Source: Callorhinchus milii (taxonomy: Eukaryota). From it: a DNA stretch of 52,843 bases. The DNA is taken from assembly GCF_018977255.1 (NCBI RefSeq), contig NW_024705343.1:1-52843 (forward strand). Direction: 5' to 3'. Positions 47,964 through 52,843 of this stretch are shown one piece after another. How positions within the stretch are numbered: the stretch's first letter is position 1; every line of letters starts with the position of its first letter. The translations under genes and the position numbers were made by a program. The notes below the pieces were generated by a model. The model made no database searches and was not told the DNA's origin. It saw only the letters and a program-made list of their open reading frames with translations.

Positions 47964-50465
47964 ATGCTGGGATTAAGAATAATTTTTGAATGGGTTACAG
48001 GATACTGGGAACTCGTATTAAAACGTACCGACCAATCCGTTACAAAGCAGTACAGTCAGAGAGACATATGGGAAGGGAGCTATATCGATAACACGAACAC
48101 ACCTCGAGGGAAACTAAGTGACTGGATAAGATGTAACAAAGGCGAACACGATGCAAAAACTGCAGAGAAGGCAGGACAGGACTCATGACTTCCCACACAG
48201 GCATACAGACAGTGATTGTGGAATGAGGAAAATTTTGGAAAGGAAACGGGAGAGAAATCGTCTCTAATAAACGAGGAGAAATGTCCTCACACCCTCGAGA
48301 GGGAGGAGAAATCAAAGCTCGCGACACCAGCGAAACTCACAGACGTTAATCCACAGAATAAATATGGAAGTAACATTAAATCACACTCTTGGGTACGTGG
48401 ACAGAGTCCAGGGATTGATCGCACAAAATTATGGATATCGAACAAAAAATCCTTGACAAAGGGAAACCCTCACAATTCGAGAGAGGGAGGAAAAATGTTA
48501 AAGTAAAGTCGACAGGACATGCTCCACTAAGGGCAGAGGCAAAAACTGAAGGGAAATGGCAACACGCCCGACACAGCACAGACCAAAGTGACAAATTGCC
48601 TGATGATAACTTGTTTGATGATGACGCTGTCGGCGATCAACTTTCGGAATACCTATTCACCAGTAAAACCCTTAAATTGATGGACAAGGCTCTAGTCAGA
48701 ATTCCCGATTTTGACCCCCACAATAAGACTATGGATATCCACACACATATCGCAACAGTAGAAGAGGAGGCAATGATTAGAGGGCTGAGGAGACGGGATG
48801 AAAAAGCGAGTTTGTTGAAACGGACCTTACATAAAGAATCTATCCATGGGTAAAGTCACTACCACACAAGGTTAGAAATGATTTTAAACAACTGAGCCTG
48901 GCAGTGATTCGGAAGTTTGGAGAATATTCGACACTCACTGAGGGGTTTTATGCTGTAAAATCGATGACCCAGGGCATGGACCAAGATCCACGTGACTACC
49001 TCGTCCAATTTAAAAGAGCGTATTACGCAGGCGATGTGAATCAATACCACGAAGGAGATAAAATGTTCAAAATTATGTTTTTTGAATCCTTGAGCCCAGA
49101 GATTACAGAAAGGGTGAGGATGGTTTTGAATCCAGAAACCGCATCCTTACGCCGCATAGAGAGCAAGGCGTACATGGCATGGTTATACAGAGCTAAGAAT
49201 CATAATTCGGATCCAGAACACAGGGAGAGGGATGAGGAACCCAGCCTCTCAGAGAGGAATAAAAATCACCGAGCAGTCCACAATGCAGGACGGAGCAAAA
49301 ACGCACGCACACATGGCAAAATAACCCAGAGAGAGGTTGGCACGAGAATGAGAGCGGCACAAAGCCGAACATTCAGAGGAATCGCAGGAGGGGGAGGTTC
49401 AGAACAGAACCATACCAACACCCCATGCCACGACACACACAAGATCAAAATTACCCACAAAGATGGCGAGGTAACAATCCAGGAAAAATTTGGCACCCAA
49501 ATGGGAGAAACACTGGGCCAAAAATGTACGAGAATCGCAGGAGGGAGAGGTTCAGAGCAGAACCATATCAACACCCCATCCCACGACACACGCAAGGTTC
49601 AAATTACGCACAGAGATGGGAAGATAACCACCTAGCGGGAAGGTGTTACACAGACCGCGGAGGTATGGATGCGAACATTCAGGAGAATCGCAGGATGGGA
49701 GGTCAAACACAATCGATCCAATTCCGACCAATTCCTCCACCGGCTATACCAGGAGGGAATAGAGGAATAACACAGAATGCGGTCCAAATACGTGATGAAC
49801 CATCCACAGTGATTGAGAGCGGGCAGCCCATACGCGCCACGCACGCTGAAGTTTTGTTAAACCCTGAGCTCATTGGGAAATACAGGCAGGCTGCAAGTGA
49901 CAGGGCGGGCAAAAACGTGGACAGTGCTCCCGTAAATGACGCGCGGATCGAATACAAGGACAGGGTTGCATTGAAGCGTGATCGGACAGTACAAAAACAG
50001 ACAGCAGGGACACGCCCTGAGGAGCGCAGGCATGAGCCTTTGAATGGAAAATATCCAAGGGAAACCAAAAATTATGTGGATCGGAGTGCTAAAATGGAGA
50101 CGAATGTCCATGACGTATCGGGAATGGTGTTGAAATCCAACACACTCGTAAAAACAAAGAGGGCAACATTACGAGGGACAGAATTAAATCGACACACTGA
50201 CTCGGCAAATGTGCATGTAATCGCAGAGAGAGCGAATGCCACGAACCAAGTGTCAAAGTGGGTCGTGTGCGCGAATTCTGGTTACGTGCAGCACAATTTT
50301 TCACCACACACTCCCACGACGCGAGAGAGTGAGAGAGGAAACTACAAAAACGAACCCGAAAACCGTGATCAAATTATCAAAGTGATAAGTGGTAAACCAG
50401 GCAACATGAGGAAGGTAACGCATAAATGCGTTCGAAACCGCTACCTAGCGTTTCCCAGGATTTAA
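47964..50465 (+). pseudogene. gag: gag-like gene of internal region 2, with additional indels
   Basis: Near-identical to 42001-44563. Carries a 60-bp in-frame deletion and extra small indels that split the ORFs further. Confidence 0.75.
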
Positions 50466-50959
50466 CAAAAACAAAAATGAATGTTCGTCAGAGTTATGAT
50501 GTATGAGAACCGATGTAACGCAATATCGATGTTAACGTGTTGTTATTTTCTTTGCTTAATTCAAATGTAACCAGGATTTACAAAAACAAAATGAATATTC
50601 GCCGTAGTTATGATGGATGAGAACCGAGTGTAACGCAATATCGATATTTTAACGTGTTGTTATTTTCTTTGCTTAATTCAAATGTAACCATGTTAGCAAA
50701 AACAAAAATGAATATTCGTCGGAGTTATGATGTATGAGAACCGATGTAACGCAATATCGATGTTTAACGTGTTGTTTATTTTCTTTGCTTATTTCAGATG
50801 TAACCAGGTTAAGATTGTAATACGTGCACGCGCGTCGTAAGAAATAACCGCCGAGAGTAAGGGCGGCTGATGGGATTCATGACATAAAAAGGGGGCATTA
50901 CTTTGTTTGAAAATTCGCCAGTGGCCAAATCGACCCCTGATAATTTCAAAAGGGCGGAT

Positions 50960-52843
50960 TGTTGTGTATGGTACCCCCTTTTTATTTTTTTTAATATTAT
51001 TTTTTTCAGAATTTTTCTGCCATCATATATAATATGGTTTTTTTTAATAGACACGGGGCAACGTGGAACGACACGCCCCCACACTTCCACAGAGGCCCCC
51101 ACTACCACAGATGTGCACACACCTCATTTCAAAGGAAAGAGGACATGAAAGGGGGCAATAAGGTAATAAAAACTCCCCTAAATTCACACAAGAGGAACAA
51201 GGGAGGGGGAATGGCAGGCGGGGGGTTGCAGGCCGGGCACCATGGAGGAAGAGATAATTATATTCTGAACAAAGATAAGCCGGGATATCAGATTAAAAAT
51301 CACAAGAAGTCAAATAATAAGTACGGAATTAAAGTAGAAGAGGAATCAAGGGCGGAGAAGGCTCTCAAAATTAACCAAACACAACAACCCATGGGAAGCG
51401 AGCAACACGGCCGTCTTTGTCTTTCCGAGAGGATCTCCACACGCAGGCACAAAGCTAGGAAATGACACCCATAAAGGGGGCAATGGCTCAAAGGAAATTA
51501 ACACGTCTTCGAAGATCAATAAATAAAAGCATGCGCCGGGTGCTTCCACCGTGGAAACAACCGTCTTTGTCTTCCCACAACACGGACAGGAAAAAAAATT
51601 GCACACGTGAGGAAATAACATTTCCATGAGAGATCGGGTCACGATGAAACATCGTGAACACGGTTTCGGCATAACTGTGCAGATGGAACCAAGCAGCAAA
51701 TAAGTTGCATTTCAACTTCCAAACCAAAACAACTTAAGCTGTGTGAGACAAAAGATATGATCCCCGAGCAAGGAGAGAACAATTAAGCTCGCTTAACGCG
51801 TAGGTTTTCTCGACAAATATATTCAGTAACAAAACAGGATTCGAATGTTTTTTTATATATAACTCGACGCGAATCATCGGTCTGGCTAATGGATAACTTC
51901 GGTGGCACCGTCACGAGGCACCCCCACCCCTTTCTTCCAGAACGACACAGCTGTGTCGTCAAAGCTAATAAACACACGGACAAACACGCACGCGAAACAC
52001 ACGGACGGACACACACACAACGAACACAGATGGTTCAGCCCACAGGAGGGTTTTATGACAGCCTTTGAACAACTCGGGAAACTGAGTGGAATTTCCAGAT
52101 ATAAACCGAAGAAAAATCCATTCAAAGCAGATCTCGTCCGGGCTTCGGCTCCAACACAGTCGTCCGGGCCACGGGCCCCACCAGAAATCGTCAAGAAGTT
52201 TTCGTCATCCAGAATGACGAGGTTTGCAGAGGAAGCTGGCCGCTACAAGCCGAGGTCTGCACCACCTGAGAAGAATCGCTACCCTGAGTCGCTGAGTTGC
52301 GAGTGAAGCCAACAAAGACGCCAACGTCCACCCTGCCACGAACGAAGCATCGCTCCTCGTCAGAGTGACGACCAGCGAACAACCCACAGGAAAGGCGGAG
52401 ATCGCTGAACGAGCGCCAACGTGCGCCACCGTGCGCCACCTTGCACCACGGCGCCACCGTGCGCCACCGTGCGCCACTGTGCGCCACCGAGCGACACCGT
52501 GCGCCACCGGCCACCGTGCGCACGGGCGCCACCGTGCGCCACCGTGCGCCACCGTGCGCCACCGGGCGCCACCGTGCGCCACCGAGCGACACCGAGCGAC
52601 ACGAGCGACCGAGCATCTTCAAGGACAGCATCGTGCCAACTCGTCATCGAGCAGTGGAGAGAGAGAGAGAGCAAAAAGCCGAGCGACACGCGAGCGAGGA
52701 GCAGCACGACTCGATGCGGCCACGCCCCACCCAGAGGAAGCTGGCCGCTGTTCGTATCCTCCCACACCACACAAGCTAACACAACTCCCGACTCTAAGAA
52801 TTAATTAATATTACAAGGGGACAACGCACACACAGCACGCACA
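50960..52843 (+). mobile_element. LTR 3, cut by the window end
   Basis: Begins TGTTGTGTATG after a PPT and is collinear with LTR 1, with more single-base indels. Confidence 0.92.

Overview
Eukaryotic, almost entirely transposon-derived DNA. The repeat types suggest an aquatic vertebrate, possibly lamprey or fish, but this is an inference. I found no host gene exons, RNA genes or CRISPR arrays. From left to right: (1) a decayed Ty3/Gypsy gag-protease fragment on the minus strand (1-1.5 kb); (2) two short non-autonomous Helentron-type 5' ends followed by a ~7.8 kb rolling-circle transposon of Helentron/Helitron2 type (3426-11222). Its interrupted ~2450-codon reading frame reads 24-aa repeats, Cys-rich N-domain, HUH Rep, PIF1 helicase and an Ulp1/SENP (C48) SUMO-protease domain with an intact catalytic triad. 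This is the most unusual biology visible. (3) A 5'-truncated solo LTR, L1-like fragments, a TTA-flanked Harbinger-type MITE and a full-length but dead Tc1 element (11-21 kb). (4) An N gap, then ~14.9 kb (about 21.1-36.0 kb) of featureless sequence that looks statistically random and may be scrambled or artefactual; I make no biological call there. (5) A minus-strand LTR, an internally inverted Penelope-like fragment, and a head-to-tail LTR-internal-LTR-internal-LTR array of a gag-only element with 2.65 kb LTRs and a tRNA-Pro primer-binding site, running off the window end. All calls come from reading motifs by eye; no database search was run.
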